This document shows, piece by piece, positions 11,241 to 23,159 of a stretch of DNA of 35,063 bases. The notes beneath the pieces were generated by a model, which worked only from the letters and a program-made list of their open reading frames with translations, did no database searches and was not told the DNA's origin. This DNA is from Octopus bimaculoides (taxonomy: Eukaryota): NCBI RefSeq assembly GCF_001194135.2, contig NC_068982.1, positions 135,817,219 through 135,852,281 of the forward strand, in the 5' to 3' direction. Numbering within the stretch: position 1 is the stretch's first letter; the number at the start of each line of letters is the position of its first letter. The position numbers were made by a program, and so were the translations under genes.

Positions 11241-11330
11241 GTGTGTAAGTGTTAGTGTGTATGTGTGTAAGTTCGTATTTCATTTCAAAGTTTCAGCTCA
11301 GAGCTGCGGCCATGCTGATGCACCACCGTG

Positions 11331-11366
<36 letters not shown>

Positions 11367-11651
11367 TACAAACATATATATACACATACATATTCAAGTA
11401 GATATGAAGGTGAGTTTGTATTAATATATGTAATTAGCTCTAACAATGGTGTAATAAGCTAATTATTTGTAAACGAAGCTAATAAGTTATGAATGCTTCT
11501 TGTAAATTACTGGTACCAAAGTTGTAGTCAAACTAAAGATATCTTTGTATCAAATGTTATATTAATACTTACAATTTTTCTGAATAGATAAATACATATA
11601 TGGTAAACTCTAAATGTGGAAAGAATATAAAGCAATATTATGATATATATA

Positions 11652-11692
<41 letters not shown>

Positions 11693-14600
11693 CAAGTCTT
11701 TACAAACCATTCATTTTGGTAATGATGATATATATCTGGTAGAGAAATAAAAACGAGCCTTGTTGTCAGTTAATATGTTTACCGCTATTATTTCGATTTA
11801 GTATTTTTATGTTCATAATAGAAAATTTACAAACACGAATCTGAAAAGAGCTTGTCGTATGTTCAGTGCATTATTGAACGTTGCCTACTCAAATATTCCA
11901 GAAAACATGCGATCCTGGAAGAATCCTTACAAATATAACCATGACTATATTGTAGTTGCGAGTGCAATATGTTTATACATTAAAATTAAAAGAAATGTTT
12001 CATATCAATTCTTATACTACGCAGGAATCCTTATTTGCTTTTTTTCTTCCAGCTCAACAACAATGAAAAGTGAAATAATAATGATAATAATAATAGCAAT
12101 AATAATAATAATGTTAATAGCAATAATGATATATAACTATGAAAAGCATAGTGCGAATAATCGTTGCAATGTAATAATAAACAAACAAACAAAAAAATTT
12201 ATATCAGCAAGCGGAAAGAATAATACAATTGGAAGATTTTAATCAGTCAAGACGAGATAGCTATTCAGCAGGCGTATTACACACATACATAAAAAAAATA
12301 ATAAAAAAAACTAAAATAGATGAGATTAAGCCATCAGAAAATCATACGATTAGAAAATGCGAACAAAGACAGTTTTTCCCGTCTTGTGGGGATGAATATT
12401 AAGAACCGATATATGTATATATATTCATGCAGAATTGTGATATAAGAGAAATCGCAGTCTTAACGGATTTAGAGTACGCATTGACCTGAGACCTCGAATA
12501 GGATTTTAAAAAATATTTTGCTTATAAAATTCAATTTAAACAATTAGTTATTAAGAGTAACCATTACTGCTATGGCTCTAGATTATTGAATTTTCTGTTT
12601 TGGAAGATTATAGCAGATATTACTGTTTAACTTTGTGTTACAATTTTTGGGATCGAGAAAAGTTTTGGCTGAATATTTCAAAAATTAATTTACGGTAATT
12701 CTGTAAGTAATGCCTTACTGTTTAACTTTAGGTGACTTTCTTTAGAATTATACTTTTATAAATTTTATCCAATATACTGGTATGTTCAGTCATATTTTAG
12801 GTGTTCGTGTACATTCAGACAATATGATAGTAAATATATCATCAGATTATGAATTACGTCAGCGGACCGCAGCGAATATGTGTTTCTTGCTGCTTATATT
12901 TAGATGTTGTTGATAGTCACTAAGAGCTGTTCACTCTATTATTAGCAAACCGAATAATACCTTTGTGGATGAGCAAAAATCTTTGTCAAGCTGGAAATAA
13001 GTTAATTAGATACGCATTAATCAGAATTTTAACAGATATAATTACGTAGGATCATATTTAGCATGTTCATATACTTTCGGACATGGGTAGACAATGAAAT
13101 CCCCGAATTGTCTCCGGTGAAGAAAATTCCCCTACTAGACAATATGGGTGTAACACACACAAGTAGACCTGAGAGATGTCACCTGACACTTCCGTTTATG
13201 TGTAGCTAGTTTCATTAGCCACATATGCTGATCCGTTATTCATTGTCACAAAGAGCTGGTCGCTCTTATATTAGTACAAATGAAAATCCACCCCCCACCT
13301 AGACAAATTGTGGAGTGTATTGTCTTTCAATGTCCTAATTTACATGAACATGTTAAAAAATGACTTACATAACTATATATCTTGTAACACTGCCAAGTGC
13401 ACATCCGATTCATTCATTCGTTCCAACTTCACAAAGGCAAACTTTTAGACGTCAGCAAATATATAATTTGCTATTTTAATATAAGGCCAACCAGCTCTTA
13501 CACACACCACGAAATAACGGTTAGATATATAGTTGATGACGTGTAATGACGAAGACACGTTTGTTCACTACGTGATACTGATTATGGCTGAGTGGTGTTT
13601 ATATCGAGGCTTTGTGTAAGGAGAGTTTCTCCCGAGACACCTTTAACAGTGACACGTCTTTCCTTGTCTGAATGTACATAAACACGCTAAATATGACGGT
13701 ACATAACTATATTTTATAGAAACTGCCTTGCGTGCATGTAATTAAATTACTATTTATATTATTGGTAGAAAATATTTCATAATTAATATACTGTATTTTC
13801 AGCAGATATGAGCCTATTTTAATTTAAAATATGTTATTCAACAAATCTAATATATGTGTTAGTGTGAGTCCATATGTATGCATGTTTGTTCGTCTGCATG
13901 TGTATGTGTGTGCATATTATGTATGCGCTGTATAGCTGAATGGCTAAAAATTTTGCCATCTAATCACTAAGTTCTGAATTCAGTCAGTCATCATAATATT
14001 TTGGTTGTGTCATATTTTGTAGTCCAGTGTCGACCCATGTCTTCTAAGTAAAACTGGGGAGACGGGAAGTGTTTAGAAGCTCGTCAAATGGATTGATCTT
14101 GAAAATCCAGTCTTTTACATGTTTATTCAACCTGAGAAGTACGTTAAAATTAGACGTGTCTTTGGAAAACACAACCACTTACACGTTGTTTAAACGATAC
14201 TCGTAGATCTACCCATGCACGGCCTTGCGAATAAATAGCTATTAAAATGAGCATTCGGATAAGGAAGACCGCAAGGACAGGTCATCATCAATTTTACGTA
14301 CTACGCGCTTACTTTTCTGTACTATTTATATCAATAAATTGTCATATCGTTACATCAATATACAAAATAGTATCGTACATTTGAAAGATCCTATCCCAAT
14401 ACGTAGTTTTTGTTCATTTCTCACAGTTTAGTACATATTTCAGTATGGTAATTTAATATTTGTATTATTATCGCGTTTTACCATAAAGGTTATTAACCAG
14501 TTTAATTTCATGATGTTTTAATATTATTTAAAGTTATATCAGGAAACTTTCGCGTAAACAGCTTGAAATATATTGTGAAATTCATGTTGCTTTAGGTTTA

Positions 14601-15654
14601 AATTAATTCTCAGCTTTAGACTAGAATATTACAGAAAATTCTAATTCTGATTATAATTTCAAAATAATTTTTGAGATTCGAATTCAAATAGTTAAAAATA
14701 TTCACGCTTACGCATGACCTATTATAGATCCTGGATCGAAGCAACATGAAACCTGTCATAATACTTCCACTTTTTGGTATTTTCAGAATTCTTTTGCGAA
14801 TTTATGTTCTACACACTGGAAATCGAACGATTATGCAAAAAAGTTTTCCATTAAACTTTTTTCATACCCCCCCCCAAAAAAAAAATCATTACGGATGCTC
14901 AAATTAGATTTAAATATGCTTAACCGTTTTGCAGAAGCCTAGGTCATTGCTGGGATTTATCCACAGTGGTTTAAAACATGTATATAAAACAATTTATTTT
15001 AGGAGCATATTTTTCTCTTAGCAAGTGTTTTTCTCTTGTTACACATACCCAGTTAATTGGTGCGGGCTGTGGGATCTAAATCACAACAAGGTTTTTCTAC
15101 TTAAATCCCAGCAATGGACCACCCTTGGGTGCGTCATAATTCTATTAAATGTGATTTTGGGGAGAACAATATTGAAAAACATCAATACATATCAGATTGA
15201 CAAAGAAACGAGGACGGTACCAGGTAGCAGTGGGAAGTGCTAAAACCAATAGCCAAATTTCCTTTAAGTCTCATACCTTTTTCGTCTGAAAATTATTTTA
15301 AAATCATAAACAGAAATGAAAAGGCAGAGTCGGATTGTCCGTCTTTTAAAACTATGATTTAAGAACATTCGAGAAGGAGTGGAAATTTAAAGATTTATAG
15401 GGGTTGCGGGTGGAAATTGAAACAGTAAAAAAAATTGCATAAGCATACGAATTCCCGTGTGTAAAATACAGATTCGCAAACATTTTCTGAAAATTAAAAA
15501 CAATAAAAAGTTATGCGAGGATATATGGGGTACTTAATTCAGAATGAAATCCGCCAAATATTTTGTGGAGCAGTCAATAGATTTGTAACCTATGCTTTCT
15601 TATTCATATTTAATCTTACACTTTTCCCTAGTAACAAATAATGCTGCTTTTACA

Positions 15655-15795
15655 TTCATGCTTCAGATTTCAAATTCCACCTTGGTCGAAACTTTTCGGG
15701 TCGATAAATTAAGTACCAGTTGAACACTGGAGTCGTTGTAATAGACTAGTCCTTCTCTCCATATTTCAGGACTTGTGACTTTTGTAGAAAGGGTT
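15655..15795 (+). mobile_element. 5'-truncated family A SINE
   Basis: ttcaaattcc..ggtcga..cgggtcgataaattaagtaccagt..ctggagtcg, followed by a (TTA) tail. Confidence 0.8.
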
Positions 15796-15811
15796 ATTAT
15801 TATGATTATTA

Positions 15812-16895
15812 TTTCTTGTTATCTCGGGTTTTGTTGGAGCTCCACGAGTTTTACATGTATAGCGGGTTTACTACCTGCAGACTACAGTACCATGCTATCT
15901 GTTCTTTTCAACTATCTAATACTTTCCTCATTATTCTGACCTTGTTAACGAGGGAAACCCTTTGTAACAGTTCTACTGGGCACTCTACTCCGATTTTCTT
16001 TATATTCCTACTGATACTGTCCTAAAGGACCCAACAATAATTGGCAGTATCTTTACCTTTTTTATCTTCCATAGCCGGGCTATTTAGTACTTAAGGTTGT
16101 ATTTATCTATTTTTTTTACTTCTTTCTTGACTATTCGTGGGTCAAAGGGGCATGCAACATCAACTATATAGTGCGTGTTGCATCTTGTCTACCACCGCTA
16201 GGTCCGGTCTGTTATGCCCTAGCACCTGATCTGTCTGGTTTAGGAAATCCAAAACCACTTTGAAAGTCACCGAATCCACCACTCCTTGCAGTTTGTGGTC
16301 ATACCACGTTTGCTTCTCTCTAGCCCTCACTTTTCGCGCTGTTTCCAATGTAGCTACCTTATCCACAACTTGTAGTAGTTTTGGGGAAGTCTAGGGCATT
16401 TGTTCGTGCTATGGTCAATGGTTTCCTCCAGTCTATTACAGATGCGGCAGAGCGGATACACTTGCTCATTCCGAAAGTTGACCGACCAGTTCGTGGTCAA
16501 AGATTGGTCTTGCGCTGCCACTATAGTGTTCTCGGTCTCTTTTTTCAGTGTTCCTTCTTCAGTCAGCAACTTCTTTTGTGGCGACATGGAATTGATTGTG
16601 TAATCCCGTGTTGCGAAATGATTCTTCGTGCCCTTTTTGTATTTCTTCCTTTGTTTTTTCCATTTCTCTCTGCTTTCAATACACCCTCATCCCTAACTGT
16701 CACTAGCAAGGTTTCCATACTTTGGGATAGATATCTCATTAAGCTCGCGAGTTCGATACGTAAGCACTCTTCTATACTTATCAGTCCCCTTCCCCTATTT
16801 TTTCTATTCATATTTTGGTGATCAGTGTCTGCACGTAGATGATGGGCTCTGTGTATCTTTAGGAGCGTTCTTTTCTTCCTGCCCAACTCCTTTAG
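15812..16895 (-). mobile_element. R4/Dong-type non-LTR retrotransposon fragment (post-RT region, CCHC finger, RLE), frameshifted
   Basis: ORFs contain HRAHHLRADTD..RGRGLISIEEC, LKKETENTIVAAQDQSL, LCRICNRLEETIDH..KC and HNRPDLAVVDK. Ends in a TAA tail. Confidence 0.9.
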
Positions 16896-16924
16896 CTTCT
16901 TCTTCTTCTTCTTCTTTCATCATT

Positions 16925-17465
16925 TAGGGAGTACATACCATCAAAGTGACGCTGGGGTACAAATATATGAAGTTCAATATACCCATCATAACGACCCGCC
17001 TGATAAGGGTACAGCAGACATATGCATCATAGGCATACGTGCACGACATGCAAACCTCATATCAAGATAAACAGCGCCAAGATTAGGGAGAAGATCGACA
17101 CACTATCATGCTTTGGAAGAAAAGTGGGCGGAAATCTTACTCTACTTAATAGCTGGAGTGAAAGAGGGTGTGTGGTAGACTTTTCTGAAAAGGTTGAAAA
17201 AAGACGTGTTCCTATCTGTCCAAACGCTCATCGATTCCTTCACATATTATGGGACCTAGTTAGAATTTTATTCAAGTCGAGTGACTCGATCTGCTGAAAA
17301 GTTCCCTGAATAAGGGTTGTTTAAGTATGATGAATAAAAAAAAACTTAGTTTCCAGGGAGAATTACTCAAATCCTAAAGAATTCCTCTTAACACATGGAT
17401 ATGATGTTCCCCCACTACATATCAACATGTACATATCAACATTTCCAATCAGTAAATATCTTCAG
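16925..17465 (+). repeat. Interspersed repeat family C (retroposon-like), interrupted by a 179-bp insertion
   Basis: catcaaagtgacgctgggg..ctgataagggtac..atcaagataaacagcgc [insert] gggacctagttagaatt..gaataagggttgtttaag; matches the other copies below. Orientation is as read, not proven. Confidence 0.8.
17073..17251 (+). repeat. Perfect 179-bp copy of 18033-18211
   Basis: Base-for-base identical as read, offset exactly 960 bp. Confidence 0.95.
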
Positions 17466-17495
17466 AATATTTCGAAGGACTCTTGAAGAAAATAG

Positions 17496-18417
17496 AATGG
17501 CATTTTTTCTGCAGGTCGAAAATACGTGTTTCAATTTCAAAATGCTTCGACTTCTAGGGTAAAATGTTGGGTGTTGTTCTGAGTTAATCAACTACCACAA
17601 GAATTATTTACCGAGTGGCATAGTTCAAACTTAGAACAAAAACAGAGTTTTTGACATCTAGAATGTTACTAGGTGCCCACAGTAATATTCTAGCCGGACA
17701 AAACTGTTAGGGGAAGAATACCTCAAAATATCTATAGGGGCTTAGTTGAAGGTATGAACTTGAGGTTGACTCGAGACATCGAATGGTCTAAATTGTCCCA
17801 TCCGCAGAACTTTTAAATCGCAGACTATTGACTACTTTCAAAATTCATTGCCAGACTACGGGGTACAAATTTGCTTGAGACAAGCTTTTCAGCTATGGGA
17901 GTGTCAACATCAACATCCGAACCTGCACGCACAGGGACGATACTATAACACGCAATCGTTCAGTGTTTATGCATTGACGACATGCGGTCTTGTGTCAAGC
18001 AGTTGCTGTCTTGTATAAGAGGAATTCAGTTGAGCGCCAAGATTAGGGAGAAGATCGACACACTATCATGCTTTGGAAGAAAAGTGGGCGGAAATCTTAC
18101 TCTACTTAATAGCTGGAGTGAAAGAGGGTGTGTGGTAGACTTTTCTGAAAAGGTTGAAAAAAGACGTGTTCCTATCTGTCCAAACGCTCATCGATTCCTT
18201 CACATATTATGTGAAGACGATAGTGGTGTTGGAGAGCAAGGTGCTCTTTTCCAGAATGTTTATCGAAAGATGGCTGGGAACTGCAAGGCTTGTGAGGTTG
18301 AATGGGCCTAATCTGGCTATACTTTTCTAGGCGAAAAAATTGCAACAGGGAATTATGATCCCTTGGAGGCGCCAGATTACTACGGGAAATCTTGCATATG
18401 CCCCGCTATTGGGGTTA

Positions 18418-18422
<5 letters not shown>
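17496..18422 (+). pseudogene. Intronless decayed reading frame of unknown origin (candidate endogenised viral or transposon ORF, or retrocopy)
   Basis: One frame runs 17694-18419 (242 codons) with only 4 internal stops (17814, 17829, 17946, 18309) and no frameshift. GC is higher than the flanks. No motif recognised. Confidence 0.45.
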
Positions 18423-18752
<330 letters not shown>

Positions 18753-18774
18753 ATGATTGACTTTAGCTTTGTAT

Positions 18775-19168
18775 TTCTACAAGTTGACTGCAGTTCTTAC
18801 CCAGAGACCTCAAGAAGCAAGTTAGAAGTTCAAGTTGGTGTTATGACTAGGGTGCCATATATTTGGTTTTCCACAAAGTTTTGTTTAGAGAATGTCTATC
18901 ATTCCTAGGGCATCTATAACAACATGTATTGTTTTAGTATTGAGTTTCCACATTTTGCCAATTTCTATTTCAAGATCTTTACACTTGCTCAGTTTTTGGT
19001 AGGTCTTCACAGATACATTTATGTCGATTGGGACAGTCACAGGGATGAGGAGGCATGATTTTTTTGTTTGAATTCCTTCAATATAATGTCTGGCCTATTC
19101 GCATCTGTCTTTCTGTCAGTTTGAAGTTTGAAGTTCCAGAGGATTGACATGTGATAATTTTCAAGCAC
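18775..19168 (-). mobile_element. R4/Dong-type retrotransposon 3' fragment (RLE), same family as 19642-21230
   Basis: Minus strand gives ..LQTDRKTDANRPDIILK.. and ..VTVPIDINVSVKTYQKLSKCKDLEIEIGKMWKL..; DNA closely parallels 19950-20190 and 19645-19780. Confidence 0.85.
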
Positions 19169-19169
19169 T

Positions 19170-19292
19170 GGAGGTCGACTTTGCTTTTAATTCTTTCGCG
19201 GTTGATGAATTAAGTACCAGTGAAACACTGGAGTCGATCTATCCCCTCTCACCCCCGAACAATAACTGCCCTTGTGGGAAATTTTGAAACCA
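19170..19292 (+). mobile_element. Family A SINE 3' half
   Basis: gaggtcgactttgc..aagtaccagtgaaacactggagtcgat..ttttgaaacc. Confidence 0.8.
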
Positions 19293-19419
19293 TTTTGTCT
19301 GACTGTGGACAGCTCACACATATTTCGCTGGGTGTGATGGAAAGTGTCAGCTGTCCAAGTCCAGAAGAATTTTGCTGTTCCCATTTTCGGTGACTCCTGG
19401 GGTTTGTTATTATTATTAT

Positions 19420-19635
19420 TGAGTGAGAGAGCAGTGCATGCCAGCAAAATGACACTGGGGTAAAATATACGAAGCCCAGTATACCCATCATAACTACCCG
19501 TCTGATAAGGGTACACCATGCACATGCATCACAACCATATGTGCGCGACATGGTGATCTCATATCAAGTTAAACAGCGCATGACCTCGCAGGTGGGGCCC
19601 AGTTACAATTTTCTTCAAGTCGAGTAGCGCATTCC
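19420..19635 (+). repeat. Family C repeat, 5' part
   Basis: gagtgagagagcagtgcatgcc..gtctgataagggtacacc..gcgcgacatggtgatctcatatcaag. Confidence 0.85.
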
Positions 19636-19641
19636 GCTTGC

Positions 19642-21230
19642 TTTGTATTTCTTCAAGTTGACTAAGTCTCACTTAGAGACCTCAAGAGGCAACGAGTAAG
19701 AAGTTCAAGTTGGTGTTATGCTTAGGGTGTTATATATTTAGTTTAGCAAATAGTATTGTTCTAGAGAATGTATAAGAAAACATAAGAATATTACAAGTTT
19801 GTTTTAAAATTTGAGATTACATAGACAGTAATTTACTTAGGATATGAAAAGTTCCTATGAGTACTATCTTTTCAATTTCTGCCGTTTTGAGGTTTCCTGG
19901 TATCTGAGCTAGGTAGAAACCAACCCCTTTTGCTATCAACAAGTATTATTTTAGCGTTGAGTTTCCACATTTTGCCAATTTCTATTTCAAGATCTTTAGA
20001 CTTGCGCAGTTTCGGTAAGTCTTGACAGATACATTTATGTCGATTGGGATAGTCATATGAATGAGGAGGCATGATTTTTGTCTGATGTCTTTCAGTATAA
20101 TGTCTGGCCTCTTTGCATCTATCTTTCTGTTAGTTTGAAGGGTGAAGTTACAGAGGTGTGAGATGTGATCATTTTCAAGCACTGGAGGTGATTTGTGTTC
20201 CCAAAAGCTTTTATGATGTAGCAACTCCAGCTGTTTTCAAATTACTCAGTGAATATATTGTGCAGCTCAATCATGCCTGTTGAGAAACTCTGTAGGCGCA
20301 AGAAGACTGCACTTGGAGACAACATGATCAAAGGTTTCATTTTGTTGTTAATATATACATGTTAGGCTACTGCCGTTCTTTAATATGTTGGCCTAGTAGC
20401 TCCTTATAGGTAGGCATTGATCTTGGGCTGCGATGATAAACCCTTCAGTTTCTGATTTTAATCCAGAAGACACTAACCGTTGATAGGTAAGGGCTTTGTC
20501 AACATCGGCATTATTTGCTCTCTTTGAATATTTGTCACTTAGAGGCTTTTCTTGCCATTTACCAGTAAGAATACCTAAGGCAGCAGTTTTAGCACGGGTT
20601 TTCATACGCTTAGCTTTTTCTGTGCTTTTTTCCAGTACGTCTAATGTTGGAATTTTTTGTATTTGGAATTCAATTAGATGTTCCATTGCCTGTTTCGTTA
20701 CTGAGTATGATGCTGTCTCGTTTTCATGCTTTAAGACATGTTCGAACATCCAGTCATCAGAGTTTTTCAGGTAGGTGTCTACGCCAATTGTGGCAATCTT
20801 CATTGTTAATCCCAGTTGTAAAACTTCACGGCCACTCTCTTTTCTTGGCAGGTAAAGGGCAGTGCATTCTATGCAGTTTCAAGAATTTTCGTATTTTTCT
20901 GTCAAGACTACGTATTTCAGTAATTGACCAGTTAATGATATTGAAACTGTATGGCTAAAATATTGATCGCGTCGATCCTGTTTCTTGCATTCAGCTCTGT
21001 CTTGTGTATTCTCCTTACTCTGCGATAACAATCAATGGTCCTTTCCCTCATCATTGAATGTTTGATTCCATCACTTTTAAATACCCCTTGGTATTTATAG
21101 CTCTCCGCTGACTCTAATGCTTTTATGACATTCTGCTGGTCAAGATTAACATCTCATTACACCGATGTTATTAGAGTAGATTTGTTTTTGAATTGAGAGC
21201 CCGTTGTAGCATATCCATGTTGTCAGTCAG
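19642..21230 (-). mobile_element. R4/Dong-type retrotransposon fragment (RT C-terminus to 3' end), frameshifted
   Basis: ORFs show SSGLKSETEGFIIAAQDQ, PPVLENDHISHLCNFTLQTNRKIDAKRPDIILKD, IDINVSVKTY and SKDLEIEIGKMWKL; also LYLPRKESGR-like motif near 20830. Confidence 0.9.
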
Positions 21231-21257
21231 CGCGCAGCCCTACTCTTTTGCACAGCC

Positions 21258-21291
21258 ATGTTGTTGTAGTAGTTGTTGTTGATGTTGTTGC

Positions 21292-21325
<34 letters not shown>

Positions 21326-21355
21326 GCTGTTGTTGTTGTTGTTGTTGTCCTTCTT

Positions 21356-21386
<31 letters not shown>

Positions 21387-21391
21387 TTTTT

Positions 21392-21451
<60 letters not shown>

Positions 21452-21470
21452 GTTGTTATTATTATTATCA
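21258..21470. repeat. Compound (GTT)n-(CTT)n-(ATT)n microsatellite
   Basis: Direct reading. Confidence 0.97.
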
Positions 21471-21686
21471 TAGCGGCGAGCTAAAATAATCATTAGCACG
21501 CCGGGACAAAATGCTTAGCGCCATTTTGTCTCTTCTTACTTTGTAAGTTAAAATTTTTTCCGAGGTCGATTCTGCCTTTCGTCCTTTCGAGGTCGATAAA
21601 TTAAATACCAGTGAAATACTGGAGTCGGTGCAATCGACAAGTCCTCTTCCCGAATATTTCAGGCCTTGTGCCTATAGTAGACAGGA
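21470..21686 (+). mobile_element. Family A SINE, near full length
   Basis: gcggcgagct..ttagcacgccgggacaaaatgcttagc..gaggtcga..gtcgataaattaaataccagt; TTA flanks. Confidence 0.88.
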
Positions 21687-21859
21687 TTATTATTATTATT
21701 ATTATTATTATTATTGACAACTTCATGTGAGTTTCTTCTTTATCACCAGATGCACCTATTCGATTGTGATGTGCTTGTGTGTGTGTGTGACTCTCTATAT
21801 GTGTCTGCATGCGTGCGAGTGTGCATGTGTGTGTGCGTGTGTGTATGCGTGCGTGTGCT

Positions 21860-22500
21860 CTGAGTTTTTACTTGTTCAGCATAGTATTTTGGGATTGTAA
21901 GCCAGTGTTACTAAATTTCTTCTGTTTGTGTTCTGCTACAGAATATTTTTGGAGCTTCTCCTGGTATTTTATTGCTTGCTGTGTCGTGTAATATATGTAC
22001 GATGTACTTTTTGTGCTGTTTTCTTGACCGCTGTATAAAATTCGTATATGCTCTGTACTTCAGGTTTATGTGTTACAGTATCATATAACTATTTTAATTA
22101 GAATGTCATCTTCCATTGGTATAGGATTAAATTGCTGCAACTGTAGGCTGAGTGTGAGCTGTGTGACACGTTCGCGTTATACTGTCTGTTGTGAGCATTT
22201 TTGTGGGGTTTTTTGGGGTGGTGATAGTGTAAAGTAGGTTTATGCAGATTCTCATATTTTATTGAGTGGTTACGGTGTAGAGCATATGTAAGGTCTGTTG
22301 TTTAAGTTGTGATATTGAATTATATGTTTCTTTTGAAGGATATGGGCTTTAGCAAGTGGAGCTACGTTTATGGACAATAGGAAGTAGTTTGAGACTTGGT
22401 ATAGCTCATTTTTTAAAAATACATTTTTAACTCTTAGTTCCCCAAATATTACACGTATAGTTTTTCATTTCGTGCTCCACAATATAATATTTTTGAGTTT
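21860..22500 (-). mobile_element. Probable heavily decayed LINE fragment
   Basis: Strong A/C-rich minus-strand skew and a stop-interrupted frame (..KTIRVIFGELRVKNVFLKNELYQ..) loosely like a LINE thumb region. Family not assignable. Confidence 0.3.
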
Positions 22501-22599
22501 TTAAAAATTGTAACTATTATCATTATTGTTATTATCATTAGTATTATAATTGTTGCTGTTATTGTCATAGTGGCTGTTATTATTATTATTATTATTATG

Positions 22600-23083
22600 G
22601 AGGTGAGCAGCGTATGCCATCAAAGAGACGCTTGGGTACAAATATACGAAGCCCAACACATCCATCATCACGACCTGTCCGATAAGGGTACACCAGGCAC
22701 ATGATGTCACTCATCAGATGTGAGTGACATAGGAATGTCATATCAAGATAAATATTATATGACGTTGCTTGTGAGACCCAGTTAGAAATTGTTTCAAGTT
22801 GCGAAAACCACCCTGCTTAAAAGATCCCTGGTGTATGATAAAGGAAACACTCATGTTTCCAGAGGTGAATTATTCAAACCCCAAAGGATTCTTTTGAGCT
22901 CCCCCACTACTTCTGCTCATGGTCAGAGATGTACATAACGTCAGCCACCATAGGTGATATTCAGCAGAATATTTGCTGTAGACCATCTATTATATCATGA
23001 CAAAACAATGTACATGATAACACTTCCAATCAATTAAGATCAGAGGCCATGAGAGTCACTGCCTGGTATTGCATCAGGGCATT
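22600..23083 (+). repeat. Family C repeat, near full length
   Basis: Same motif series through ..gagcagaatatttgctgtagaccatct..aagatcagaggccatgagagtcactgcctggtattgcatcagggcattt. Confidence 0.85.

Positions 23084-23152
<69 letters not shown>
23084..23152. repeat. (TAA)n microsatellite
   Basis: Direct reading. Confidence 0.97.
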
Positions 23153-23159
23153 TAGCATT

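Noticed and set aside
11859-12242. 127-aa ORF with a hydrophobic IIMIIIIAIIIIML segment
   Set aside because: The hydrophobic run is a degenerate (AAT)n tract. A good acceptor at 12052 leads quickly to stops in two frames; no support for a real protein.
13364-13432. Minus-strand segment with a phase-2 gtaagt donor that would fit the knottin frame (FAFVKLERMNESDVHLAVLQDIV)
   Set aside because: No credible acceptor and not signal- or propeptide-like; one donor match is expected by chance over 10 kb.
17022-17297. 91-aa ORF sharing 60 aa with ORF 17982-18311, suggesting paralogous genes
   Set aside because: A chimera of family C repeat plus the 179-bp duplicated insert.
22705-22720. CTGATGAG on the minus strand as a hammerhead ribozyme core
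   Set aside because: No correctly placed GAAA or stem II/III; explained by the local hairpin.
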